A stretch of 50,798 nucleotides of DNA from Chromera velia (Eukaryota): the NCBI GenBank assembly GCA_018398765.1, contig JAHBMJ010000303.1, positions 1 to 50,798 on the forward strand, written 5' to 3'. The position numbers and the translations under genes were made by a program. The stretch's first letter is position 1. Each line of letters starts with the position of its first letter. The notes beneath the pieces are model-generated. The model was not told the origin of the DNA. It saw nothing but the letters and a program-made list of their open reading frames with translations, and made no database searches. Of this stretch, positions 23,928-48,583 are shown piece by piece.

Positions 23928-26900
23928 GTGCAACTGGTTGAATTCGCACTCGCGCATCATGACGAGATCGTTTCTTGGTCTATCGCAGGACAAGGGTGGT
24001 CATGGCCAAGGTCGGTCCATCACTCCGTCTCCTTTTCTCACCATTGGAGGACTGTTTTGGGGGTGCTGTTGATTCCCCCGACAGGACCGATTTTCGATTC
24101 GTTACGCAACATGCACAACAGTCAAAAAAGATTATCTGCGTTGGTGACGTGAAGGCGTGCGCCTTGATGTCAGAGAGCTTCACATGGTTGCGACTGTCTG
24201 AATGCCTTGAGATACATCAAGCCACCATGCATATATTAATACCCTCGCACGCAGATTCCGTCCGGACTCCAATGGAAAGTTGTGGACTAAAGTTGAGGAG
24301 TCTGGCCCCCGATTTTATGTCAATGTATTTCTCCCCGTCTTGTGCTTTCTCTCACTCTGTGCCCACGCAGACCCCGGGCGTTCTCCGTCAGGTGCAGCCG
24401 CCGCTTCCTCGAGCAGCTACAGCAGCCGAACTCAGATCCAAGAGATGAGACTCGCAAAGGAACTTTCGGGGCTGGAGCCGATTCGGACGCTCTTCTCTGT
24501 GGAAGAAGTGGATGGACAGATCGGGACTGTGGTGGTTGGTCGGCTGACTCGTGAACGGTTGTCTTGTCAGAGAGAGACAGAGAAGGCCATGGGGGGGATG
24601 ATTAGATAGGAGAGAAGTTGAAGGGGAAGTGAGAGGAAAGCGGATTGACATCCGCTCCTGTATGGCTTTCTGATGTAGTCCGATTCCGTTTAAGGCCTTT
24701 TGGACTTTTTGTTGCTTTCTGTTTGCATTGATTCTGTCACACTCATTCTGCCCCCTTTCCTTTTTGTGTGTACGCACGAGAGCGCGAATGCAGGTGACAG
24801 TCCCGAATTCGTGCATTCTGTCTGCTCTGGGAGATTCTGCTTCGTCGCCCTCGTCCAAGGAAAGGGAGTATCTCGAGAGAAGTTTGGAGCCGGGGTGTAA
24901 CGGGGTGTCGTTCCAAATTTCTCCGTCTGCACAATTTCCCTTCTCGCCTCCCATCATACATTGTCTCACAAGGGTTCGTTTGCCTGCTCCCTCTCTCCCC
25001 TCCTTTCTCTTTCTGTATTCCCCTTTTCATGTCTTCCTTCGCTCTGACTTTCTGTCGGTATGTCAAGTCTTTCTTGGAATCCCAAACCTGATGGACCTGT
25101 GGATTCTTCAACTGAGAGACAGCCTTTTGGATTAAGGCAAAAACAGGGAAAGGCGGAAGCGTTGTGTCCCTTTCGCTCCTTACTTACGACTCTCCTGCTC
25201 TTCTGCGATCTTGATTTCCCTCCTTCAGTTCTGTCCGTGCTTCCCACTTTTTCTCTCTTTTCTGTCAAAGTTACTTTCAATTACTTCACTGCTTCCCTCT
25301 TTCATCTTCGTTCTTCTACCAATCTTCTCGCTCGTTCCTCTGCTCTTTTTCTTCGGACCTTCAACGTTCCATTCATTCATTCCTGCAGTTTTCCTTTCCC
25401 TCCCTGTGCGATGGGCGCAACCTCGCTCGCGACATTCTCAGAGGGGGGCCATGGAACCCTGCCATCACTTTCCATGCCATCGTGGAGAAGAGATTGCCTC
25501 GATTCGTCGGTCGGTCGGTCGGTCGGTCGATGACTGGGTTTTCTTCCCCCCCCCCACGCACACTTCCATGTGTACAGGAACTATTAAAAAAAGAAAGGAG
25601 AACCGGCAGAGATCTAGCAGAAGCTGTGCAATTGCACGAAGAGGGACAAAACAAAAGAGCGAAAGAGAAGAAAGAGAAATCTATCGAGCATCCACTAGCT
25701 GTGAACGAACAGCGATGAGGTGTGCGTGGATGGATGGATCTCTTTTTGCACATGTCAACATCTTTACACGCCTTCGGGCTCCGATCCTCTTTTGCAGCCC
25801 GTGTACTTCGCTTGATGGCCGATCGTGAGCATGGTGATCGTGAGAATGGAATTTCCCGATCCTCCAAAAGTGCCGCCCCCCTTCCGCTTCTCTTCGGGAC
25901 ATTCGAGGGTGTCCACTCGTTGATGAGGTTCTGGAGGGATGAGAACTGCGCGGTGTTTCCCTGTCTCAAGGCATGCATCGCCTCAGGTGGGGGTCCGTCG
26001 TGGACCGTTCTTTTCTCCTTCACTCTCTGCTTGAGTGGGTCAGGCATCTGCGCTTTCGTGTTGTTCTCGAAGAATCTCTTCCATTCGTCTAGCTGGTTTG
26101 TTCTCATTACGGTGCCCTGTCCGCCTTTTTGTCAGTCTGGGTGTGTCGGTCTTTATTTCTTTCTTTCTTTCTCCCCCCAACTGTGGGTGTCTGTTGGTGT
26201 CCGCTGAGAGTGAGTATGTGTATGTATATGTGTGTGCGTATCTGCCGGTGTGTATGAGCGGATTTACGTCTGGCTCATGGCCTATTTGCCCATGTGGGGG
26301 GCGAGTGAGGAGGAACCGTCTGATCTCTTCGCCTGTCTGTCGACTGTCTGTCTTTTTGTACAAAGAAAGATGAACGTAAGGAGGAAAAAAGAAAGGGACA
26401 AGACCTAGGAGAAGACCCATGCAGTCACTCTGCCTGCCTGTTTACTTGCCTGTCTGTCTGTTTGCAGGGGAGTGCGTTTACCGGGTTGCAGTGCTGACAG
26501 AATCCGCTCTAGTTCTGTTCTTTCCCACCGATTTCGAAAACACGTGAGTGAGTGAGTGAGTGGGTAAGGGAGTCGCTGTGTATTTCTTCTGCTGTGTCTG
26601 AATGTAGCTCGAGTGAGTGACTGTCCAATTCCTGTCTGCGTGCTTGTCTCTTTGTCCCTCTCTTTTTCGGGAAGGCAGTCGGTCTATCGGTCGGCCTGTC
26701 TGTCGTTCAGTGTTTCCTTGTCTCTACACACATCTGTCTCCCTGTCTCTTTTTCTTTCTGTCTTTGTGCTTTGTGTGTCTCCCTGTCTCTTGAAGAAAGG
26801 GAAAAAACACAGGAAAAAAGTCACAGACAAGAAACCATGAATCGCTCATAGCCTGTGTGTCGGTCCATCGGTTCGTCTGTCGGTCTGTCTGCCCATCTAT

Positions 26901-29303
26901 TTGTCTGTCTATCTGGTAATCGCGTCTGTCTGCAGCCACGGCACTGTGACGACTTTTTTCCATTTGAGCCTTCTGAGAGCGGTGGCCAAAAAGCCCTCGG
27001 AGGAGGCGTTGGCCCTCCGGATTGTGCCGCCGCGCCCCCCCGCAGGTGGAGGTCGGGAGCGTGTGATCACTCTGGTGTTTGGGAGGAAACCTCTGGTGTC
27101 TCCCTACGGACTGGAGGCACACGACGACGCCAAAAAGGGGGTGGCAACTCTGAGGTGAGGTGAGGTGAGGTGAGCTGTGGATGTGAGGGAGGCCTGGAGA
27201 AAAATCACCTGATTCGTGTCCATCTCTTCTCAGTTTTGGGGGGGGGATGATAATGATGAAGAAAAGAAGGCGCACCTTCTCTCTCCTGTTTGCGTCTGTC
27301 TCCCCGTGTTCACCTTTCTCTTTGCATCAATCTTTTCGTCAATTTTTCTGCCTATCCATTCATCGCTTTTGTTCTTCTTTTTCTACAGCTCCCCTGCCGC
27401 TCTTCCCAGAAACACAGAGAGATGGAGGAACGACAACGCAAAACATGCTCGAAGAAACTAATGCGAAAAACTAAATAAAGTGCACAAAGCATAGGTAGGA
27501 GACGTTTTCGCTGAAAAGTGAGCCCAGAAGGCAGAGAGACAGTCGGTTTGCTCAATTCCTTTCCTCTCCACTATATGTCTTCTGTCCCTCTGTCTGTCCG
27601 CCCAGCTCTCATCCACTACTCATGATCGAAAGCCTTCCCTCCCGGGCATTACGGAAGGAATGTCACATGCGTGCCCCCCTACATGCAGGTCGGTGGAGTT
27701 TCCGCCTCGCCGTGCTTTCGAGGAATCCCTTTTGAGAAGAATGAGGGCACTCGGCTTGGGCAGCGTCTCTCGAAGTCTTCAAGGCAGGTCGTGGTGTGGT
27801 GTGGTGTGGTGTGTGCGTTTTTTTTTGTTTGCCTGCCTGCCTGTCAGTGATTTCGTGCGTCTGTCTTTCTCTGTGTTCCCAGATGATAGGAGAGGATAGC
27901 AGAGGCTCTTGAAGGCAATCAGAGAAGCGTTCAGAGGCATAGCATAGAGTCATGGAGTCCTGTCAATTCGCAAGACCACAATCCCAGTTTTCTATCGGAG
28001 GGGAGATCTGTGTGGAATGGAAATGTTGTCACGTTGAAGAGTTTTTTTTGTTTTCAGCAAAGAAAAGTTTTTTGGAAGGCAGTGAGAGCAGAGTCAAAAA
28101 CATCAAAAACACAGCATTCTCATTCACCTTACTGCATCAGCCTCGGCAAGAGTGCAAACTTCCCTCAAACAAAATTGATCACGTGACATTCCGACGTTCC
28201 TGGATTCCTCCCTCCCTCCCTCCCTCCTCGATCCTCCTTCCTGCCTGACGGCTTGCTTCTCTGCCTACCCCCCTGTGTGCACGTCTGCATGAGTGAGTGT
28301 CTGCAGAAAACCTTGCGGCAGTGAGCAGAGAGATCGAACAGCTGAAGGGGGACCTCGCACTGCAGACAGGAGGGCCCACCCCGGCCCCCCCAACGGCCTC
28401 CCTGGCATCCTCTTCGGGAGACCCTGGCGCTGGGAGGGCTGCTGATGTGGTCAAGATGGACGGTCCGGCCGACTACTCCCAGGCTTCTCTCGATCTGTCG
28501 GCAGTTCAGAGACTCATGGCACTGTTTCAAAAGAAGGTCGGGGTATGCAACACGGACAAAAAAAGAAGAAATCATTGAAAGACATGCTTGGTCGTGAAGC
28601 GAGTCAAGTTCTCCAGATTTCTTGCGGGCAATATCGCTTCCAGGGGTGTTCTCTTCACAGTCACTTTCTTTGTATAGGTTTCACTTGGTTGCGTTTGGTG
28701 AGAGAGCCACTGCAGTGGCCCAGTCGGAGCGTCGGCCTGTCTGTGTTTGCTCCCTCGCATACAGAAATTCTGCATGCTGCGTGTTTGGTGTCTTCCGATT
28801 CTTGTTTTCTGTTACTTCGATCTCTCTTTTGGCTCTCTCTGGCTCTGCAGGTTGAGTTGGAGACAGAGACGGGCACGGAGGAGCAGAGGCAGCAGACGCT
28901 TGCAGAACTTCACTCTGTCCTGCAGCACCCCCGTGTGCAGAGAACCCTGGAGACCTCTGGGGGTGCACAGGCCGACAGGGACAGAGAGAGACGTCGCAGG
29001 GCATCCACGGGCACAGACAACACGCAAAGCACATATCCGGAAGGGGAAGACGCGCAGCTGCACAGAGGGGAGAGGGAGGCCGCAGTGCCAGAGGCGGATG
29101 AGGTATCTCAACTAGGCGACACTCACCCAACGCACTCGGCAGAGGCAGAGACCGAGAAATCTCTTGTCAGCCCACCCGCCCCGCCACCGCCGCCGTTTGG
29201 AGCTTCCGGCCACGATGACGTCACTGTGCCGTCCGCAGATGCGCAGCAAGACGCAGCGGCTGCTGCAACGGGGGAAGCAGATCTTCCAGATTTGTTGTCC
29301 TAG
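23928..29303 (+). CDS. Multi-exon hypothetical protein; 5' exons uncertain
   Basis: Clear final exons 28307-28536 (ENLAAVSREIEQLKGDLAL..QRLMALFQKK, coiled-coil-like) and 28851-29303 (ends TAG). Candidate upstream exons with splice signals at ~23928, ~24371-24534, ~25798-25986, ~26936-27154 and ~27606-27688. No recognised domain. Confidence 0.55.
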
Positions 29304-29617
29304 TGAGGAGGTGAGGGGAGACGCTTATAATGATTCCTATAGTGACTACTAGGGTGACTAATAGTAAATAATTCATATTGCGGAATTAATGCGGATGCAG
29401 CGGATTGCAGTTTTATCATTGATCACCTATTTTTTTTCACATACCCCGACAAAACATATGAGTAACTCTGGATTAAGTTATAATTTTGGACATTCAGTAC
29501 GAAAAGTGAGAATAATGTGAAATGTATGTCATATAATGACTCATATTGCAAAAATTGTACGTGGAAAATTGTAAAGGCGTAAGTAACTAGGTAAGTGATA
29601 GAAAAAATGGAACAGTA

Positions 29618-30386
29618 TGTGAAAGAAAACGATGGTCCCGTTCCTGGTCGGATTCGCGGAGGGTGAATTCCGATCCCGGCCTTTCCATTCGTCCCTTCGC
29701 CCCGAGCCAGAGAAAGGAGCGACGCACACGTGGCGGCCCATCCACACGGGGTGGCGGGGCGCCTGCGACAGAGGTGTGCATGTTGTGAGTTCCATGGTAT
29801 GGCCTGCATGCACTTTGGCGTTAGAAATATACCCGAGGCACTCACCGTGGTGGTGTATGCTCTAGGCCTTCATATGGGATTCAATTAGGCCGATGGTGCG
29901 GTTATGCCATCGGAGGCTTCAGAATTAATTCTGGTCCCGAATTAATTTCCATAAATTTCCAGACAGTCAGACAGACGTGCACGGCGGTTACCGTCCGTCT
30001 AAATGAGAGACGTGACCTAGGAATTAACAGAGCTTCATGTGTAGGATCTGTACTTTGCCTTATGTGTCTCTATGGTTCTCTTGTGCTCTGAGTAGCTCTG
30101 AGTAATGCACGAGGCCACCAGCAGGAGCGTACTGTAGACTGTAGGGGTTTATGGATTTTCTGTCTGGTGAAGAGACTGATCAGATATTTATTTCTGATTA
30201 TCTGTATCGGTCTAGACGAGTACGTTAGGATGACGTATTTGCTGTGGTCCTCTAATAGGAGAGGGCCAGGAATTTGGGAGTATAGCAGTTTGAGGAATCC
30301 TCTGGATAGGCTAAAGGATCGACACGGGAGGGCCCATAGGATCCCACTAGAGGAGTCTCAAGAGAGGTGAGACTTTACTTTTCACT
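29618..30386 (+). repeat. 5' LTR (769 bp; 767 bp if it ends at CA 30384)
   Basis: TGTGAAAGAAAAC...TACTTTTCA(CT). Direct repeat of 44588-45336 plus two extra 10-nt insertions. Confidence 0.95.
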
Positions 30387-30403
30387 GGCGCCGTCGCTGA
30401 GGG
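30386..30403 (+). promoter_or_regulatory. Primer-binding site (TGGCGCCGTCGCTGAGGG); not iMet-type, resembles tRNA-Asp-type
   Basis: TGG 1 nt after the LTR CA is complementary to tRNA CCA. Similar to the Athila-type TGGCGCCGTTGCCGGGG PBS apart from transitions. tRNA identity is inferred. Confidence 0.75.
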
Positions 30404-30473
30404 AGTCTCCCCTTGTTATTTCGACAACATTCCCCTTCTTGTATTCCTGATTCCCTACTGCAGGTGACTTACC

Positions 30474-41420
<10,947 letters not shown>

Positions 41421-44400
41421 ATCCGGCGGCGTGGAACTTCTGGAGGGGAAGGGTGCGGGGCCTTTTTCTTTCTCTCTTTTGTGTCCTGTTTCTGTCGTCT
41501 GCTCTTTCCTTTCTGTCGTCCCTTTGCAGGTAGGCGTGTACAGGTTTTTTGTTTTTCGCTCAAGGTGGGGACGACTGGGGTTTGGGTTTGGGCATAAAAG
41601 GAGCTAGATAGGCTAGAGGTACTGTTCGTCCCTTTTATCCATTTCTCTCTCTCGTTAATCTGTTCTCCCAGATAGGCGATTAGATGGGGAGGTGACAAGA
41701 AAGAGGGGCAGGAGACAAGGGGTCTCCTGCTGGGTGGGCGTGGGCTCACCCAGGCAGGAGAGCAAGAAGAGTTAGGCAGGAAAGCAAGAAAGCCAGAAGA
41801 GCAGGTCCTCTTCCGCTGCACCCTTCCGTACACCTCCACAGCCATACATGTTCGGTAGTTGTCCTGTTCTGTCTCGTCCTGTTTGTGTTCGTGTTTGTTT
41901 GCTTGTATTCACTGCTATGGCGTAGTTGGCGCATGTGCCTCTGCATCATGGGCAAAGCATCCAATGCTCGGGCAATGCATGAGGCCATGCAATAAGCGGG
42001 CCCAAATTCCATGTAAACCGAGTATCAATTTTTTGGGGCAGCTCGGGTGGAACAAACGAGCGTAGACTGTTTAAGGTCAATTACGTGGGATGTATGGGCG
42101 GGTGGATCCAACGTTCATGAGGAGGCATTACCCAGTCTGTTCGTATCCGTTGTCTTGCACTCTGTGTTTGGTGCCCGTCTGCATAAGAGATCCATGCGCA
42201 GGAAACAGACGGGCTCTAGGACGGGCTGTTTTCGCGGCGAAGGTGAGTGCCCGAAGCACTCAAACAGTCCGATCCCTGTGCGTTTTCCTTCCTCCGTTTT
42301 GAGCAGAATGGGCCTGGCCAGACTAGTTAGGCAGCCTGAGAGAACGCTATCAGCTGGTATGAGGAGGCTTGAAACTTTAGCGTGAATAATTTTTTTTTTT
42401 GCATCCATTTATGACCTGGCTGCCTGTCTGCGATCCGTTGTGGTGATAGAGTTGGCGTACTGCCTGACCGACGCTTTGATCTGTACTTTCGTCTCACTCC
42501 CTGCAGGGCTTTGCATCACCCCCGAGTGAAACCACGGGAGAATGTAGATAGAAAGGGGGGAGGGTGCTCATGGAGAGCATCACGTCTGGCAGGTGGCAGC
42601 CTAGGCAAGGGGAAAGACCACTGTGCGCATACTGAAACTTTTTGTCTCTTTGTCTCGTCTCTCTATACACAGCACTTTAGCAGAATCGCAAGGGCGCCCT
42701 GCGTTCATGAATGAACTGTTCCAGTCGGATGTGTAACTACCGTGCAAAAGAGACCTGATCCAAGTGCAGGGGGCATTTTGGGTGAGAATGAGAGCTCAGG
42801 TGTGTTATAGGTGCTTCTTTCCTCTGCCGGCAGCTTATCCTGCCTGAAGCCTGTCCTCCACTCTGGGAGGTTAGGTTAAGGATGAGTGTAAGTCCGGGTA
42901 TGTTCGGTTTTGTTGGTTTGTATTTATGAAATCCTTTCCCCAGAAGGTCAGGGGAGTGCATGGTGGCTCTCCTATAATTTTTAATTGTTTTCGCAAGGCA
43001 TGCATGAAGGGGTAGGGGGTGCCTCGGGGGCACCTTCCTTGAAGTGCAGTTCGTTTTTATATATTTGTTTTCTCTCCCTCTTTCTTCTTTGTTTGGATTT
43101 CCGTATGGCCCGGGGAAGCTTGTCACATCATAGGGGCGTGCATGGTCGGTGAACGCTAGCCGGGTGTGGGCATCTTCAGGTTTTCCGTTTTAAATTCTTC
43201 TTCACAGACGGAAAGGAGCTGGGAGGGAAAGGCCTTCCCGTCCTGTCTATGTAGGCAGAGACCTTTTGCAGTCATGTTTTCCTTGAGCTGCCGGTTTACG
43301 TTAGGGGGCCTAACCCATTGCCGACCTGAACTAGAGTAGGGTGGGCACAGCATGTAGAACATTTTCCCTTCCTTTTGTGGTGATCGCGGGGCTATCCACA
43401 CATACCATATGTACAAGTCCGTGAAAGAAGGAAAAGAAATACTGGGGGAGAAGGGGGTAAGGACTTTGCTTTTGCCAGGCCTGTTCTGGAAGAATAGGTC
43501 TCCTTGCCAGGGGGGCAAGGCATGCCGAGGCTGTCAAAGGCTCTTGGTTTCCAATGAACTGCATTTTGGTTTGCATGAGGAATGCTTGTGTTTAGTTTAC
43601 CTTTTTTTTCTTTTATTTCTTTCATACGTTCAGAGCAGGGTCCGTCCGGAGCAGGAAGCATGACAGGTAGCGCGGGCTCCTACATGCTAGATGTCTTCGG
43701 TTCTCTGCGTGTGGGGCGAGGCTCCATCTGGAGGCAGATGGGCTGTGTGTCCCATGCGTTCATTAGCATAAGTAGGCATGGGCTCGGGGCTTGTGTTTTT
43801 CTGCGCTGTTCCTTTCGCTTTTTTCGGTGTGGTTTCGTTTTGTTCTGTTCTTCCAGCCCGGTTGGCTGGTATCCCTTTCCATGTTTGCCCTGTACATGCG
43901 TGAGCCCGGTGTGCTCTCACTTATTAAAGGATAATAAATGACATCTGTAGAGGACGGCGCGTGAGAGCACAAAAAAAAAAATGAGGAGAGAAGAGGTAAA
44001 TGATACATGAGTAATTCTTTTATGATTGTGCGGTGTTGGTTGGAAGGAAAAGCAGTCTCCGTTTCGGGTGTGGGGAAAGGGGAGGACCTATGGCAATCCC
44101 TTCCATGCATATCTTTTCAACGTGTAGGCGTTTTGAGCTGGGTGTGTTAGGGGCACGTCCTGGCATGGCTGCGTCCAACCTATGAGCGCACATTCTGGGT
44201 TGCTGGCCGTAGTAGCGGGGCAGTGTTTGAGCAGTTCGGGGGATGCCGTATTTTTATGATTTGCTCGGATGGGAAGCGGTGCTTCTCGCTGTAGGGACTC
44301 GTCTGTGCTTGCACAGGAGCCTCCGGTAGCAATTGCCTGTTTGCATATGCGGATTACTCTGCCTGCATATAGAGGTCCTTTAGATAAAAGAAGGACGCTC

Positions 44401-44576
44401 CCATTAGGTCGCCAGTTGCGGTGGCTGGCAGGCAATGGTTGAGCATCAGAAAAAGAGGAAAAGGAAAATTGGGGAGCCGGGTGATTAAAGAAAGGTCTTT
44501 TCTTATGCTTCCCGATCCCCCTCGTCAGAGAGGGGTGTGTTATGCTGCGTGCTCCATAGTCTTTCCTCGAGGGCTT

Positions 44577-44585
44577 GGGAGGAGG
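44577..44585 (+). promoter_or_regulatory. Polypurine tract
   Basis: GGGAGGAGG, preceded by GAGGG, 2 nt upstream of the 3' LTR. Confidence 0.75.
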
Positions 44586-44587
44586 TG

Positions 44588-45336
44588 TGTAAAAGAAAAC
44601 GATGGTCCCATTCCTGGTCGGATTCGCGGAGGGTGAATTCCGGTCCCGGCCTTTCCATTCGTCCCTTCGCCCCAAGCCAGAGAAAGGAGTGACGCATGCG
44701 CGGTGGCCCGTCCACACGGGGTAGCGGGGCGCCTGCGACAGAGGTGTGCATGTTGTGAGTTCCATGGTATGGCCTGCATGCACTTTGGTGTTAGAAATAC
44801 ACCCGAGGCACTCACCGTGGTGGTGTATGCTCCGGGCTTTCATATGGGATTCAATTAGGCCGATGGTGCGGTTATGCCATCGGAGGCTTCAGAATTAATT
44901 CTGGTCCCAAATTAATTTCCAGACAGTCAGACAGACGTGCACGGCGGTTACCGTCCGTCTGAATGAGAGACGTGACTTAGGGATTGACAGAGCTTCATGT
45001 GTTGGATCTGTACTTTGCCCTATATGTCCCTGTGGTTCTCTTGTGCTCTGAGTAATGCACAAGGCCACCAGCAGGAGCGTACTGTAGATTGTGGGGGTTC
45101 ATAGATTTTCTGTCTGGTGAAGAGACTGATCATATATTTATTTCTGATTATCTGTATCGGTCTAGACGAGTACATTAGGGTGACGTATTTGCTGTGGTCC
45201 TCTAATAGGAGAGGGCCAGGAATTCGGGAGTATAGCAGTTTGAGGAGTTCTCTAGATAGGCTAGAGGATCGATACGGGAGGGCCTATAGAATTCTACTGG
45301 AGGAATCTCAAAAGAGGTGAGACTCTACTTTTCATT
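44588..45336 (+). repeat. 3' LTR (749 bp)
   Basis: TGTAAAAGAAAAC...TACTTTTCA(TT); aligns end to end with the 5' LTR. Confidence 0.95.
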
Positions 45337-45609
45337 CGGTATGCTGGCTAAACTTAGAGGGGGATATAGGGGTATGCCCTCCCCATGCTCTTCCCCACTG
45401 TCCTCCCCCTTTAGTTCAAAATTTGAATAAGAGGGGGGGGGCATAGCCTATAGTTCATAGTTACGCCCCCTCCCAAAGGAATGTTGGGGGGGGGCTATAC
45501 CTCTGAAATAAGTTTAGACAGCATGTGGAACGGCCTCGGTTCCGAATAGGAAACATCTAAACTTAAGAAAACAACCCCTGTAACACTTTAGTCTGTCTTG
45601 AAATAGATT

Positions 45610-45785
45610 TTTCAATGCTGGCCGCGCCTGCGGCACGGTTCTTTCAAGACTGTCTGCGTCTTCCACAAAAAAATTCAAGTATACTTTATTTTGGCCACGC
45701 CTTCGGCACGCTACTTTCAAGTTAAGCCGCGCCTGCGGTGCAGACGTTTCAAGTCTGGCTGCGCCTACGGCGTGGCGTTTCAAGT
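45610..45785. repeat. Array of ~32-bp units with GCC-TNC-GGC hairpins (MITE-like relic)
   Basis: TTTCAA(G)..GCCGCGCC-TGC-GGCAC, GCCACGCC-TTC-GGCAC, GCCGCGCC-TGC-GGTGC and GCTGCGCC-TAC-GGCGT, within AT-rich sequence. Confidence 0.65.
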
Positions 45786-46518
45786 TTACTGAAGTGTCAG
45801 GGGGGTTCATAAAATTTAATATCATTTCGTACTTTTGCATATTATGTCATAAATTCAGAAAAAGTGAAACTTAGACTGAATCCCACTATGAAAACAGGAT
45901 AAAACAGGTCACAAACCAGAGAGAAAAAGTTTTTAAATTAATGAAAATATTCTTTTTTTAAAAAAAGTATGCAAGGCGCTGCTTAGATGCTAGAAGGCGT
46001 CGCTGCATCGCGCTCGGCGGCGCCCAGATCTCCATGGTGTGTGGCGGAATTCGCGCGGCAAGGTGTTGGGCTCATGCACCCTCGAGTTTTCGTTTCGGTT
46101 TGGGCTACAGATACCGTGGCTCGAGGGACACGGCTTGTGTGTGTTGCACATGCAAGCACGTGTTGTTTCCGTCTTCCATCCATTCCATCGCCTAATCCAA
46201 CCTCACAAAGGATAACGGAGTAAGGCACAGCTGTCTCGAAAATTTTGACCTCCTTAGAGAGGTCTTGGCATGTCTTCACTAGGAAAAGTTTGCTGTCAGT
46301 TCGAGAATTAGAACGCAATGCTGCAGATCTTGTGATTTGTGTTGATCGCAGCGTCGTAACGGATCCTGAGTGACAGCCCAGGTGCAGACCTTTCTATCCA
46401 TAAAGTAGAGTGCACAACATACTTCCTGGGGCAGCGGCAGTGTAGAGATTTTATTGACGGAGAAGAGACTGAAGAGAATAAACGGGAAGAGAGAAAGTCA
46501 AGGGTGGAAAAAGGGACC

Positions 46519-48001
46519 ATGCTAGCTCATGTAAAGAGGTTCTACTTCGAGCACGTCGTCTCCTTCTTCGGAGGGTTCGGCGTGAAGTTAATTGCCCAAG
46601 TCTCTGACATCATATCTGACCTCATGGCCTACCTGCTTGTCATCCACACCCTCCCTGAAGTCGCCAGTCAGGTCTTCCACGGGATCAAAGTGGGCGACTG
46701 GGCATGGTACGTCTTCCTGTCCACGCTTGTCTCGTCCCTGCTCTCCATCGCGTGCGACCTATTCGAGTACGTGAAGGAGCGGAGGGCAAAACAGCACAGG
46801 GACAGGGCCCGGAACCGGACAGAGCTGGAACGACGGAGCCGAGAGGGGCAGATCGCGACGCACCGGACTCGGGTCGTCACAGCCTTCATTCACCTCCCCC
46901 TGCTGGTGACTGAGGACGGATTTTCGATGGCGTTCTCCCTCCTGATGATCCTGCAGTACGATCAGTCGTTCACCTCCTTCTTTTTCCTCAACCTGCTCAT
47001 GTCGGCCGTGATCTTCCTCGTCATGCTCGTCTGCCGAGCCGCCCTTTTTGCCGAGAGTGTCGCGCGCATTCAGCAGTTGCGTTCTGTCGACGCAGGGTGG
47101 GTTCGATGTCAAGAGGGAGGGGCACGGAATAGTCTGTGGGGTGGCACGTGGAGATTTGGTATGTGTATGTCGGACTCTTGGGGGGGTCAGAGAACAGTGG
47201 GTGACACTAGCTCGGAAGGCGGAGTGCTGCATTGCTGACTGCCGGACCACGCTGTCTGTGATGCTGCGCCCTCCCTCCGTCTTCTCTGCCCCCCCCTGTG
47301 CTTCCTTCACGCATTCGTGCATGTCCCCTCTACCACGAACATGGGTTGCCTTCGTCGCGTGAGTTGCGTACATCTGTGTGCATGTGTGCGCTCATATGCG
47401 TGTGTGTGTGTGTGTGTGTGTGGGACGCTGCAGTAGCGAAGGAGCCATGCAAACTGGAGGAGATGAGGAGCTTGCCCTCCTTCCGGTGGAAGGTGGAGAG
47501 CCAGGGGGGAAGGAGGATGAAGAGAACATGGAAAATCTGCCTGCGGGAGTGCGCGTGTTGAAGTCAAGTGCATGGTTTGGTGAGGCCGTTGTGAACGAGA
47601 CGGTGGATTGTCTTCAGGACGGGGTCTCATCGTGGCAGGTTGGTTGGTGGCGCTCAAATTCGATTTTTACAGCAGATGGGCCCGCACGATGAAAATAGAA
47701 TTTGCATATTTTTCTGAAAAAATGGAATTTTTGGGCTCTCGTCGTGGCAGGTGGGCAGCCTGTCGGCCTTCCCTGGTCCTGTTATTTCTTCGTTCGCCTC
47801 CGTTTTGTATTATACATGGTGTCTTGCAGGCAGTATCTACCTCTTTCTTCTGACTCCCCGCCTTGGGCTCCTCCTTACTTTCTACCGCGCTCCACGCGTA
47901 CACTTCCATAAATTTGTTATTGCGTGCTGCAGTGTGGGCAGGCTTTTTTAAAATCTCGGTTCATATCTACAGGTGTATACATACATACCTCCCCCCCCCC
48001 C

Positions 48002-48043
<42 letters not shown>

Positions 48044-48540
48044 CGTAAGTGTGCATGCATGTGTGTGTGTGCACATTCGTTCCACTGTGTATTTGCATTC
48101 AGATTCTGAAGGACCCGCGGCTTCGTTCCGAGGCACTGCTCTTTCTTCCTGCTGGCGCCTGGGCAGCCGGCACTTTCGGTGTCTGCCTGTACTCGTTTCT
48201 CGGTACAGTCGCGACTCAGGTACGAGACCGTATTTTGTCCTCCTTTCCTCGTCTTGTCCCAACGTCTGCCTGAGTGTGGAATTCTTTTAAGGCACGGGCG
48301 TCTGCTGGGGCCGCTCCCTGAGGATACCCCGGTGTCATGTGGCTCTGTCTGAGAGACTCAGGTCCCTTCATCTATGGGATATGTGACCCACCACATGTCT
48401 GCGTACTTGCACTTTGCCACCGTCCCTCGGCAATGGCCATTTCCTCTCTCTCTTTCTCTTACTCGTTCTCTTGCTCCCTCTCCCTCTTTCTCTCTGTCTC
48501 TCTGTCTCTCTCTCTCTCTCTGTATGTGTGTGTCTCTCTC

Positions 48541-48583
<43 letters not shown>

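Noticed and set aside
25373..26107. 244-aa minus-strand ORF as a separate gene
   Set aside because: Flanking splice signals and pyrimidine tracts are plus-oriented and define an exon at ~25798-25986. No domain is visible; it is probably a shadow ORF, though not fully excluded.
29423..30370. ORFs within the LTR that recur at 44088-45320
   Set aside because: They recur only because the LTR is duplicated; several run out into unrelated flanks and show no motifs.
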